A DNA stretch of 63,840 nt, filler included, from Hausera hauseri (taxonomy: Eukaryota): NCBI GenBank assembly GCA_046269625.1. It is 12 parts of 12 records of this genome, joined end to end, with 100 filler letters (N's around TTAATTAATTAA, not from the genome) between each part and the next. Parts side by side here need not be neighbours in the genome. Positions count along the whole stretch, not along the records: positions 1 to 5,647 come from JBJURY010214299.1; positions 5,748 to 9,962 come from JBJURY010696326.1; positions 10,063 to 14,231 come from JBJURY010723880.1; 9 more parts are not named here. The stretch is one strand, 5' to 3'. Of this stretch, positions 1 to 10,489 are shown piece by piece. The position numbers and the translations under genes were made by a program. Below the pieces are notes generated by a model. It did not search any database. It saw only the letters and a list, made by a program, of their open reading frames with translations, and was not told the origin of the DNA. Position 1 is the stretch's first letter. Each line of letters opens with the position of its first letter.

Positions 1-1890
1 AAAAATGAATCAAATTGGCTAATTAGCTTACTTACATTGATGATGTTAATAAAACATATAAGTGCGGTAACCGTCTATGATTGTGACAAGTTTAAATTAG
101 GACAGAGATATTCCTTAATGGACCTAGAAGCCTGCGAGGACGCGAGACCGCACAAACTAGAAACACGAGAGAAAAATTACTTCCTGTATCAGCAACAAGA
201 GTCGGTATCGCTAGATGGCATGGAATGTATGCTAAAACGGTTACGCAGTATTTTTCACTGTTGACTAATACATGGGCACTCTTCCATAATTAAGCCCACC
301 ACTCCTTTAATCCCGATGAATTTGGAGCGTCAACATTGCAAACAAGCTAAGGAGATCGGAACGATACAATGGGATAGCATGCAACTGGAGATGCAGCCCG
401 GAAAAATAATCAGAGCATATAAAGTAGTAGCTGCAAGGTTGGATATGCATAGCGGACATTGTAATGGAGCAGAATACGATACCGGAAAAGGATTAGAATC
501 AAATGTCGTGGTTGTGGATTTCTATGAAGCAGAAATGCGGTCACAAAAAGTAATGTTTTACAGTGTCACAAAATTATACACCGAGAACCAGAAATGTCAT
601 ATACAAGATGGAACCTGTGCTTTTAGAAGCTCGGTCGTAATATGGGAACCTCCTTCTGGAAGAAATTGTAATTTTATTAAAATTAAGGAACTAAAGTTCA
701 ATGAAACTACCGGAAGGAGATACGTAGATAAATCGGAGGCTAATTCGAGAACACGCGAAGATGTATCGGAACAACCGACACCAACTATACTAATTTCCGA
801 CGCATACGGACTAAAATTTATTAAGAAGGAGATGATGACTCGCTGCGATGTAGCAATGTTCGCTACAAACTATGAAGCGTTCTTTGTAGCTGAAACAGAG
901 ATAAACGCGAAAACTTACAAACTAGAAACGCAGGATGTTCGGATTGAAGATTATCTGAAAAAGAGAGACGATTACTTCTATTATAAAGGACAGGTCGGAA
1001 TAACGGAATTATATCATAAAATGATTATGAATGACTGCAAATTGGATACCGAAATTATGAGAACTAAAATGACTCTCATATACGCAAACCCGGAATTAGC
1101 CTCTCCGATCATTCCTATGAGAGAAAGAATCTTCGGTCGAGTTACGGGCGAAGTGTTGCTAACCTATGAGTGCGAAAAGAGAGAAGTACCCATCAACGTA
1201 GAAGAAAAACGTTGCCTCCAAGAGCTTTCTGTTATTTATCAAAATACTCCAGGATTAGCTACGCCACTGACGAGAGTGTTATTAGATAATGCGACACAAC
1301 CAACCATACTTAAGGATTGTAAAGCAAGCCTGGGAGAGTCCATGTTTAGACGTAGCGGAACCGACTGGGTTAGTTTACCTAATGGAGGCATTACTGCCGC
1401 TCCTAGCAAACTGACAGGAACAAACCTAGCAAAAGGGATTACGGATGACAAATTCCAGGGCACCTCATCGAAAGGTATATATAGGCCAAAGGAAATCGAG
1501 GCTTTCAGGCAATTCCTTGCTTTTCCACGACAACGAACACATGAGCTAAATCGAGCGATGGCGTCTGTAGTAGACGACACCAGGTATCAAGCTAAATGGG
1601 AATCATTGCTTGGCGCAAATCACTATCAGAGGCTAACAACATAAATACTTTACAAGATTTGGGGGAGATTTTTGATATTCGGACAGGCAGCATCAGGATT
1701 TTTGGCGATATATTTTCTGATCCAAATAATTAAGGCAGTCATCCAAGCTATAATAAATGGGTACAAAATATTTACACTAACTGGATTTTCTTGTAAAATA
1801 TTGACCGCGATCATAACGCCTTGTGGGAAATTCCTGAAAGCATACAAAGACGTAGAAATCGGACGTAGAACATCATGTCGGTTACTATAA
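1..1890 (+). pseudogene. env: Env-like class III fusion glycoprotein (chuvirus G / herpes gB-like), interrupted by in-frame stops at 262-264 and 1642-1644
   Basis: ORFs 37-264, 316-1644 and 1672-1890 share one frame. Signal-like WLISLLTLMMLIKHISA, then VTVYDC...SLMDLEAC, a Cys-rich ectodomain, and the C-terminal membrane region FGQAASGFLAIYFLIQIIKAVIQAIINGYKIFTLTGFSCKILTAII, which resembles chuvirus-type G proteins. Confidence 0.82.
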
Positions 1891-1933
1891 TCGTAAACGA
1901 AGAGGAAGACCGGTATTTCTGCGGAAACGAAAA

Positions 1934-2830
1934 TTGCCAAAATCCGTTATACGAAGGAATAATTCAGATGATGATGAGCCTAAGGGAAGAGAAGCATTTT
2001 CGGGAATAAATAGACATAAGATGTACTCCGTTGTTCAAGCGCCATTACCAATGCTACCTCCTACAGCTCCCTTCTATGACGAATGCGACAAACGGTCCAT
2101 GAGCTCATATCAGACAGAAATTTATAAAAAGACAATTAATGTAGAAGACCCTTATGAAGGAACGAAACAATATGGAATCTTACGGAAAATGTGTTACCGC
2201 CAATGCGCGGATGATCCTAAGATGATATACTCACCAAGAGAAGCGAAGAATATCGAAACTAGATCGACAGTTTGGGATAACCCAAGGTTTAAAACCTTCC
2301 AACATACTGAATTACATACTAATAATCGGGAACCTTTAATTAGTACTCATGAAATTGAAGAATTGAGCGTAGAAAATAATGAATTATATCCGAACGAAGA
2401 ATTAAGACAATTATCGGGAAACATAGTTTCTGCCCCGGAAGTAACAATAAACGGACATAAAATATCGGTGACTAGACGTTCAAAAGCAGCATCGAACTGT
2501 TTTGGAACCGTGATCGAAGGAAGACCCTTCGCCAAAGTTATTATTGAGGATTGGGAAGTTTATGCACTAATCGATACAGGATCCAAGATATTTTATATCA
2601 AAAATGATTCAATACCTCAAACGTTAAGAGGACACTTATACCCGCCATCTACGAAGGATCCAGGTAGTACAGGAGCTTTTGGTCAAATGTCAAAACCAAT
2701 GTTTAAATGGAATCCGGAAGTCCAATTAATTGGACAATCGTTTTGACACGAATTTGCAGTTATGGAACATTTAACTGATGATGTCGTCCTAGGATGCGAT
2801 TTACTAAAAAGGCTAACAAATATAGCGATT
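1934..2830 (+). pseudogene. pol: Linker plus retropepsin aspartic protease of Gypsy family A
   Basis: RPFAKVIIEDWEVYALIDTGS; after the stop at 2744-2746 the frame continues HEFAVMEHLTDDVVLGCDLL (protease C-terminal LG.D motif). Confidence 0.85.
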
Positions 2831-3381
2831 GACTTGCAAACAGGGAAATTAATCGAAATTAGATCAAAAAAGGGCATAAAAACGCTAAAGATAGAAAATT
2901 TGGAGAAGTATGGATACCGGTAGACAAGAATATCCCACCGAGAACGGAAACAATAATTTACGTACAAATCCAGCAAGATGACGACCAGCCAGTTTATTTC
3001 GAACCAAAGGAAACGTTAAATCCTAATATAACACTTAGTAACGTACTTACGAGAGTACACTCCGGTCGCGTACCGATCCGAATAGCGAACAAAGCACCGA
3101 CTTCCATCAAACTCCATGCTTACACCACTTTGGGAGATACATATAGAGTATCGTCGATAACTATCGAAGAAAAACCTTATAGATGTGCCGAATTTCCGCC
3201 GCACGTCAACACAAAGTTTCCACCTGAGTCTTGTTGTCAATTTTATGAATTTCTATGCCGCTAAAAATCAATTATCGCTAAAGATGAAGAAGATATTGGT
3301 AGAGCAAAAGCGTTAAAATTAACTATTCCACTCAAGAAGAAGCCCGGTTCAAATGAAGAAATAGATTTAGAGGATCAGAAA

Positions 3382-4630
3382 ATGCCGAAATGGTACCCTC
3401 CTCCACATTCGCTAAGACCCGAGATAACAAAGGAAGTCGAGCGGGTACTGAAAGCGGATATAATTAGGCCCAGTTACCGATCATGGTACTCGCCTATCCT
3501 CATGGTGAAAAAGAAAGGCACCACGAAGCACCGATTTTGTATCGACTACAGAGCCCTAAATAATCTTATGATGAAAGATTCCTTCCCTTTACCATCAGTG
3601 AAAGAAGCCTTAGACCGACTCTCAGGAGCAAAATGGTTTACTACTCTGGACCTACAATCCGGGTATTGGCAAATAGAAATAGAGGACGAAGTTCGCTATA
3701 AAACGGCGTTCAAGACACCCGATGGTGTTTATGAATTTAACTTCATGCCATTCGGTATTACCACCGGACCAGCCATATTTACCAGAATGATGAGCAAAAT
3801 GCTAATGGGATTGGACCACGCTTTTGCATATCTGGACGACGTAATGATAGCGTCTAGAACTGAAGAGGAACACTTAAAAGATATCGAACACACGCTAATG
3901 AGACTGGAACAGGCCGGATTGAAACTAAATCTGAAGAAATGCAAATGGGCTCAAAATGCCGTGTCCTACTTAGGCCATATAGTTGGAGAAGGAGGATCGA
4001 AACCAGATAAATCATTATTGAATAAAATATCGGACTGCATGGAACCGCAAAACCAGAAAGAACTAAGGCACTGGCTAGGGCTTTGCGGATACTACGCAAC
4101 CTACGTACCGGATAATGCAAAGATTAATGCCCCTCTATATCGTTTGCTTAAAAAAGGGATTAAATGGAAATGGACAGACGTTGAGCAGAAAGCTTTTGAT
4201 GAAATGAAGAAAATATTAACAAGCGAACCCGTTTTACGATATCCAGATTTTAAGTTACCATTTATAATCAAGACAGATGCCAGTAAAGAAGGTATCGGAT
4301 ACGAATTAGCGAACAGAAAAGAGAAGACGAAGAATTAGAACATCCGATCGCTTATGGAGGACGTTCCCTAAAGAAAGCTGAGAAAAATTATTCTGTTACG
4401 GAATTAGAGACTCTAGCAGTAAAAGAAGCACTTCGACATTTTACCGTTTATGTTTACGGGCAGAAAATCATAATTGTGACCGACCATAAGGCCATTACGA
4501 CTTTAAAGGGTAGAGCCAATAATCCAACCTACAGACTTAATAGATGGATCGAAGAAATCTCCAGGTAAAATATCGAATTTCAATATAAACTAGGGAATAA
4601 ACATGTCGATGCTGATGCACTATCGAGATT
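3382..4630 (+). pseudogene. pol: Reverse transcriptase / RNase H (Gypsy)
   Basis: ORF 3382-4338 with YLDD; the frameshifted continuation reads AEKNYSVTELE...TDHKA...HVDADALSR. Confidence 0.95.
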
Positions 4631-4907
4631 AAAAACTAAAACAAGCGCAATCACCGTAATGAAGAAAAGTCAACTTGAATAGCTAATAGACCGCCAACGC
4701 GCGTTAATAATAGATAGGGCGAACAAAGTTTCAACAGAACAGAAGAAAGATAAAATTATCCAGCAAATTATAGAATTCGTTAAAAAGAATACTATACCAA
4801 AAGGGCGACAATTAAAGAAGCATTTACACAGATATGGGCATAAATACTGCGTTTTAAATGATGGGAACGGCGGAGATATTTTATATTATGAAAGAAAAGG
4901 AAGGAAG

Positions 4908-5647
4908 TTGATAGTTATTCCGAAGAGCTTACGAACGGAAGTATTAATGTCCGAACATGACTCATATTTAGCCGGACATATGTCCTGGAAGAAAATGTTA
5001 GAAAGAATAATGAATAAATATTTTTGGCCTAGCATCTACATCGATGTAAAGAACTGGGTAAATGCTTGCGAAGTATGTGCAACTAAACAGAAAAAGACGA
5101 AGAACTACATGGCCGAATTAAAACCAATTGACGTGCCCGATCGGCCCATGCAGGCCATGTCAATGGATATTATAGGACCTCTTCCTACAACTCACAAGAA
5201 CAATAAGTATATCTTAACATGCATTGATCGCCTAACTCACTTTGTTGAATTGATCGCGCTGACAGATCAAAAGGCCGAAACCTTGGAAGAAGCCGTTGTA
5301 AAGAGAATTATTTGCCGGTATGGGCCCCCAGATCAGAGACTCACGGACCGAGGGAGAAATTTTACCAGCGAATTATTTGAGAAAATCACCAAAATATTTG
5401 AAATCGAGAGATTAACTACTACTGCATACCATCCTCAATGTAATGGAATGGTCGAACGGATGAATGCTACCGTTATACGTATATTATCGACAGTAGTTGC
5501 AAAGGATCAAAAGGATTGGGATGAATTTTTAGAAGGAACCCAATTCGCTATTAATACCACACCACATCCAGCGACAGGATTCACACCATTTTTCATGATG
5601 TATGGACGTGAAGCCGTGTTACCCACGGACTTAGGAATGACGCCATA
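4908..5647 (+). CDS. pol: Integrase (Gypsy), truncated by contig end
   Basis: HDSYLAGH...CEVC zinc finger and DDE core. Confidence 0.93.
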
Positions 5648-5747
5648 NNNNNNNNNNNNNNNNNNNNNNNNNNNNNNNNNNNNNNNNNNNNTTAATTAAT
5701 TAANNNNNNNNNNNNNNNNNNNNNNNNNNNNNNNNNNNNNNNNNNNN
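5648..5747. other. Artificial contig spacer (44N-TTAATTAATTAA-44N). Identical spacers at 9963-10062, 14232-14331, 21904-22003, 29930-30029, 35094-35193, 39286-39385, 44652-44751, 48932-49031, 53961-54060 and 58447-58546
   Basis: Same 100-nt construct each time; TTAATTAATTAA places stops in all six frames. Confidence 0.99.
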
Positions 5748-6111
5748 TAAATGCAAAAAAATCGATTTTACCCTGTGGTACATCCTAAAAGAAAATTTCA
5801 ATAAAAATTTATGTTCGAATTTCGTTCTGATTTTTTGCCCTATAGTCAATTCGACTACGCTGATTCTGAATATCATGTTTATATTTTGATTGGACAATTG
5901 GAACTATGCCAAAAATTGAAATAAATGCTTTTTAATCATTTGAATTATTTTTTCAGTCACTTTTATAAGATAATTTAATAATTTTTCTGCAACATTTACG
6001 AATTATGCATTCACTCCAAATGTATTTATTGCCTGATTTTATTATTATACGTCCTGTTTCACAAAATTTACAATCTGAATTATTTGATACCATTTTTATA
6101 TAACCATTTTA

Positions 6112-6249
6112 TTAGTAGTTGTATAATGGCTGGATGGGCCGGTTTTTCAATTTTTAAAAAATTTTTTCATGAGTGAGCTGTGGCGAACGAATGAAATTTT
6201 TTTTTAAATTTAAGGGGCCGGCCGCATCCAGCCATTATACAACTACTAA
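6112..6249. repeat. MITE-like element with 25-bp perfect terminal inverted repeats
   Basis: TTAGTAGTTGTATAATGGCTGGATG (6112) and its reverse complement CATCCAGCCATTATACAACTACTAA (6225-6249). Confidence 0.7.
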
Positions 6250-6599
6250 GAGTATCGGTAGTGTGCCTCCTATCGATCGACTCGCACATAATGGTTAATC
6301 AATATCTAAGTAAAATAGCAACTCACAAGTTGGTACTTCACTAATAAGTAAAGTTTAAGTTTGAGGTTGAGGGACTCAAACTAATCTCCGATTCTTAAAC
6401 TTAACAAAAAGTCAAAATTATATTTTTATTATGTAACCTGTTAGTTTCCAATAACAAATTTCATTTTTTTGCTGAAATATAAGTTAATTCTGGACATTTT
6501 CTGAATGTTTGTATTTAAGAAATTTCCGACAATTATTCAATTCACTGGTATATCATCCAATGAAATATCCCTACCGATTTTGATATAAATTCTCTTTAT

Positions 6600-7368
6600 A
6601 TGATTGCAATTTCATTTGCTTTTTTGAACATGCTTTTTCCTTACTTTATTATTACCCTGTTTATTTCATTTACCAACGGTGTGCCCATGACAACAGTCAT
6701 AAATAATAGAACGTATTTCAGAAGACAAATCATCAAAAATGAAACAGCATTTACAGCAGCACAATATTGTGAGAGTGTCAATGGCCTTTTACCCATGGGT
6801 TATGATCTGGCTAATTTATACAGTATTGGATGGAAGAACTTTAGCTATTTTGTAGGGATATCCGATTTGGTCGATGAACGATATAACAATAAATCGGGAT
6901 GGAGAAATTTTGATGGATCTCTGTTCATGGAAACGCAGCTCTGGCATTTACCTGAACCGAATGGTGGAAAGAAGGAAAACTGTGTTAAACACACGACATC
7001 ACACGGATTGGCTGATTATGGTTGCAATGTTGTACAGAACGTTGATGGCATCTGCGTCATTAACACCATTTCGGCACCCAATTCAGAGTTTATGGTCTTG
7101 TCAAAAATGATTGTCAATCCTGGTAGTGAAGAGGGTACATCTGAGTCATACAAGTCAACGTCGATCATCGAATGTTCCTCATTGTTAGTAAATATTGATA
7201 TTGGTTTATTTGACTTTTTTCAGGTGCCTCAATAGAAAACCATACTGCAAAAGTATTTATTATCGACAAGATACGAATGCATGCATGTTAAACATTTACA
7301 CGGATCAGTCATTGCCATTGAGATTAGGTAATCAATCAGCGTTGTGGCAACGATTATCAATGACATAA
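6600..7368 (+). CDS. Secreted C-type lectin domain + PAN/apple domain protein; join(6600..7183,7224..7368)
   Basis: Signal peptide; CTLD with AAQYC...WHLPEPNGGKKENCV...LADYGC...GIC. Removing a 40-nt GTTAGT...TTTCAG intron gives the PAN-like SIIECSSLCLNRKPYCKSIYYRQDTNACML. Confidence 0.8.
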
Positions 7369-7914
7369 GTTGGACAACATTGATATCAACTTTTACTTTT
7401 ATTTTTATTCGTTATCTTATTTTTCTGTGTTTCACAGTTCGAATAATTATTCGTTATTTCTATGAAAAATAAATAATTTGCTTGTTGTGATCCATAAGGA
7501 GTCAATCGTATTAGCTCTTCAAATAGTAGAATTCCGTGCTGCGCTATCGATTCTTGGTTCATTATTTGAAAAAATATTCATATTTTTAGTTAGGTTATTT
7601 ATTGTTCAATAAATAAGCATGAACGTCATAAAAAATAGTTGCATTCGAACATTACCAACATTTAACACTAGAACAATAGTTTCATTTTACACTAAAACGA
7701 TGAAGAAGTCACAAATAACGAGATGTTAAAGAATGATAGAAAAATCTGTAAATATTTTATTATAAACATCAGAAGCATTCATTGTAATATAAACATCATA
7801 TTAGCGCAATCACAAATACTTTGTATACAAGAGATGGTACTAAAAAGTCAATTGTTATGACAATTATTCAAAATGCGTTATTATTGAAAACATTGAGCAC
7901 AAAGAGTAAGATGA

Positions 7915-8040
7915 ATTTTTTGCACAGCTTTGCCGCAGTCGTTACCACATAAAAATTTCTTGCAAGAGCGACAGAGCACACTAGTTTTCATTGCCCCTTG
8001 GCCCATTTTTGTTCAACACGGTCGGACGTATCGCTTTCAC
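7915..8040 (-). mobile_element. Possible piggyBac transposase C-terminal Cys-rich remnant
   Basis: Minus strand reads KRYVRPC*TKMGQGAMKTSVLCRSCKKFLCGNDC. Confidence 0.35.
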
Positions 8041-9400
8041 TATAGCGGACCAATGGTCGGGCCCGATTGGATCATCGATTATAGATCGGTGCTGACTGTG
8101 CATCTCAGCCATCAACGATTAAACTCCTCTCACGCCATTTGAATTACTATGAATTTGAGAGTTGTACTTACCGAAAATTTTTCAATCATTCGTTTTCCGT
8201 GTCTCGGTGCTATACCTGTATTTTTTGGTGTAATGTTACTGTTGGTGAGTGCAGAATATGTACATAACAATCCTGTAAAATTGTTGTTGTGTTCTGTAAA
8301 TGTACCTTTACCTCTTAGTCAAACACAATTTTAATAGAAATTCCAAATAGATGGTGGGGAATATTTTATTTAAAATATTTTGTTTTGTTCAAACCGTTCA
8401 TGTACAACTGTGTGTAGCCGCCATTGACTAGCTGACATTGGCTCATCTTATCTCGGGTTGGAGCAATAAAGCAAAACGTCTTCTGGAAAGGGCAGAACAG
8501 AACCCAGTAGCTGGCCAGTCCATAGTTTTTGTGGCCACACACAAAACCTTCGAAAGTCGATAACTGGCGCTACATATTATAATCAAGGTCAAATGGAGCC
8601 AAGCAACAAAAAAGATCATTCGGGTGCCGGACTCATCTTACTTTAATGAATACCGAAAGTGTTAAGCCGATTCAAAGTGGTATTGACCAATTGCAGGTCA
8701 TCGATGCACAGCTGCAAAATGATACTGGCAAATTTGTATCAGCCATTGAATTCGGTAGTGTCATTGACTGGGGACAATAAAGATATTATTTGGAATTTAA
8801 TCAACCGATTATCTGTCAGACTATTTTTACTGGACAATATTGAAATGAGAAATACTCGAGATTGTTTCTTTTGTGAAAACATTCACTTTTTATTGAATTA
8901 AGATCTTCGTGTTGGGTTGTATTTAAAGGGCCGATAAAAACAGTGAGAAGTGTTTTTGCAACACGGTTTCATCTATTTGAGAATACGTTATCATTTGATC
9001 TTTAGTTGAGTTCATAGATTGTATTTAATATGGGACCGATCAGTTGTAGCAAATATTTGCAAATTGAAAAATTTTAACATGTCGTTATAAGATATAACCT
9101 TGTGGATTAATAATGAGATTGTACAATTTCCAAGAAATAACTACTAAACACCATAGGGGTTAACAGAAATTTCATTTCGTTGCAACTAGATAATGTGTAA
9201 GAAACACTGAATTACAGAAGTGGCCAAATTATTGCAATCAAGGCATAAAAATTGCAATTATTGCAGATGGTTAGTAACTGATTACTAACAATTTAGTTAC
9301 CATGAAAATTTAATTTTGTACTGATTTCTAACAAATGTTATTTAAATATTTAATGCAGATAAAATGTTAGTATCTAACAGTTTTATTTTGTTGTTGAACA

Positions 9401-9962
9401 ATGGACAAATCTCATGATTTAACCGAATCCGAAATCTCTAAAATTCAAATTTTGCTTCAACGCACCAACAAAATACAGCGTGAAATTGTTAATATATCAC
9501 AGTATTCAGTATGTAAAGTCAAGAAAAGCTTAGGTTGAGGGTGTGGCACCAAAAGAAGAAGAAATGGAGCTTGTGGAAGAAAATGGTTGTCAAATCCTCC
9601 TGATGATCGGATATTCAGAAGGACAGCGATGAACAATAGAAGGCCATCGTCTACACAGCTCCAAAACACACGAGCTGAATATGATGTTGTAGCTAGCAAG
9701 CGTACAATTCATCGAAGACTGTGTGAATTTGGCTTATTTGCTTGCAGATGACGAAAGAAAGCGAAATTAACAGCTGGGATCATGAGAAACGGATATCAGT
9801 GGGCAAGAAATCTTTCCCACTGGAATTCTGATGATTGGTCTAAAGTTGTCTTCACGGATGGGTGTTATTTTGAAATGAAGGATGAACAAAGCCAATATGT
9901 AAGAAGATTTCCAACAGAGGAGTTCAAAGAAAACTATGTTAATCAAACGGTCAACGATGGAG
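9401..9962 (+). mobile_element. Tc1-like transposase, degenerate 5' part
   Basis: MDKSHDLTESEISKIQILL HTH region, GACGRKWLSNPPDDRI, HWNSDDWSKVVFTDG (first catalytic D). Confidence 0.85.
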
Positions 9963-10062
9963 NNNNNNNNNNNNNNNNNNNNNNNNNNNNNNNNNNNNNN
10001 NNNNNNTTAATTAATTAANNNNNNNNNNNNNNNNNNNNNNNNNNNNNNNNNNNNNNNNNNNN

Positions 10063-10208
10063 ATGGCAAAAATTGTCAGTTCACATGACGGAGAAACAGC
10101 AGCAGCGGCAGCAGCTGCGGCAGTTCTGTCACCGGAAGAAGCTAAAGGCTACCTGATACTGAAGCTCAAAGCATTCAATGGAAAATTGGGAAGTTTACTA
10201 TGATTTAA
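10063..10208 (+). pseudogene. 3' end of the conserved unknown ORF that accompanies pPolB (homolog of 54698-55162)
   Basis: IVSSHDGETAAAAAAAAVLSPEEAKGYLILKLK...GKFTMI matches the C-terminus of the 154-aa ORF. Confidence 0.8.
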
Positions 10209-10489
10209 CTGACTTACTTTGTGTTTTTGTGATTTTAGTTTTTCTCCAATCAATTAATAAATGTATTCGTATTATATATTTTGTTTTCTCGTACAAGATT
10301 ATTGTATTACTTTTACTTATATCTTACTTAATAATAATAGGTTAAGTAACCGAAAACAAAACACAATAGACACTAAACAAAGTACATGATTAACATTGAA
10401 ATAAAAAAATGTACAAATGATAATTGTCAATAACTGTCACAATATCAAGATCAGATTGAATTGCCTGTATCTGAAGGTGTTTTATTTCA

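Larger units (their letters stand above)
1..5647 (+). mobile_element. Ty3/Gypsy LTR retrotransposon family A, copy 1 (env-PR-dUTPase-like-RT-RNaseH-IN), degenerate, truncated at both contig ends
   Basis: Protease ALIDTGS (~2565), RT motifs RFCIDYRALN/LDLQSGYWQ/YLDD, RNase H IIKTDAS, integrase HHCC and MDIIGP...LTDRG...NGMVER. The RT-RH-IN order is Gypsy-type. Scattered stops and frameshifts. Confidence 0.95.

Noticed and set aside
1239-1580. Antisense ORFs over env/pol/pPolB (e.g. 1239-1580, 2347-2535, 38862-39146, 57612-57893)
   Set aside because: Shadows of real coding sequence on the opposite strand, with no motifs of their own.
5648-5747. Recurring TTAATTAATTAA flanked by Ns as a biological repeat or CRISPR-like array
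   Set aside because: Fixed 100-nt synthetic contig linker. ORFs that run into it are artefacts.
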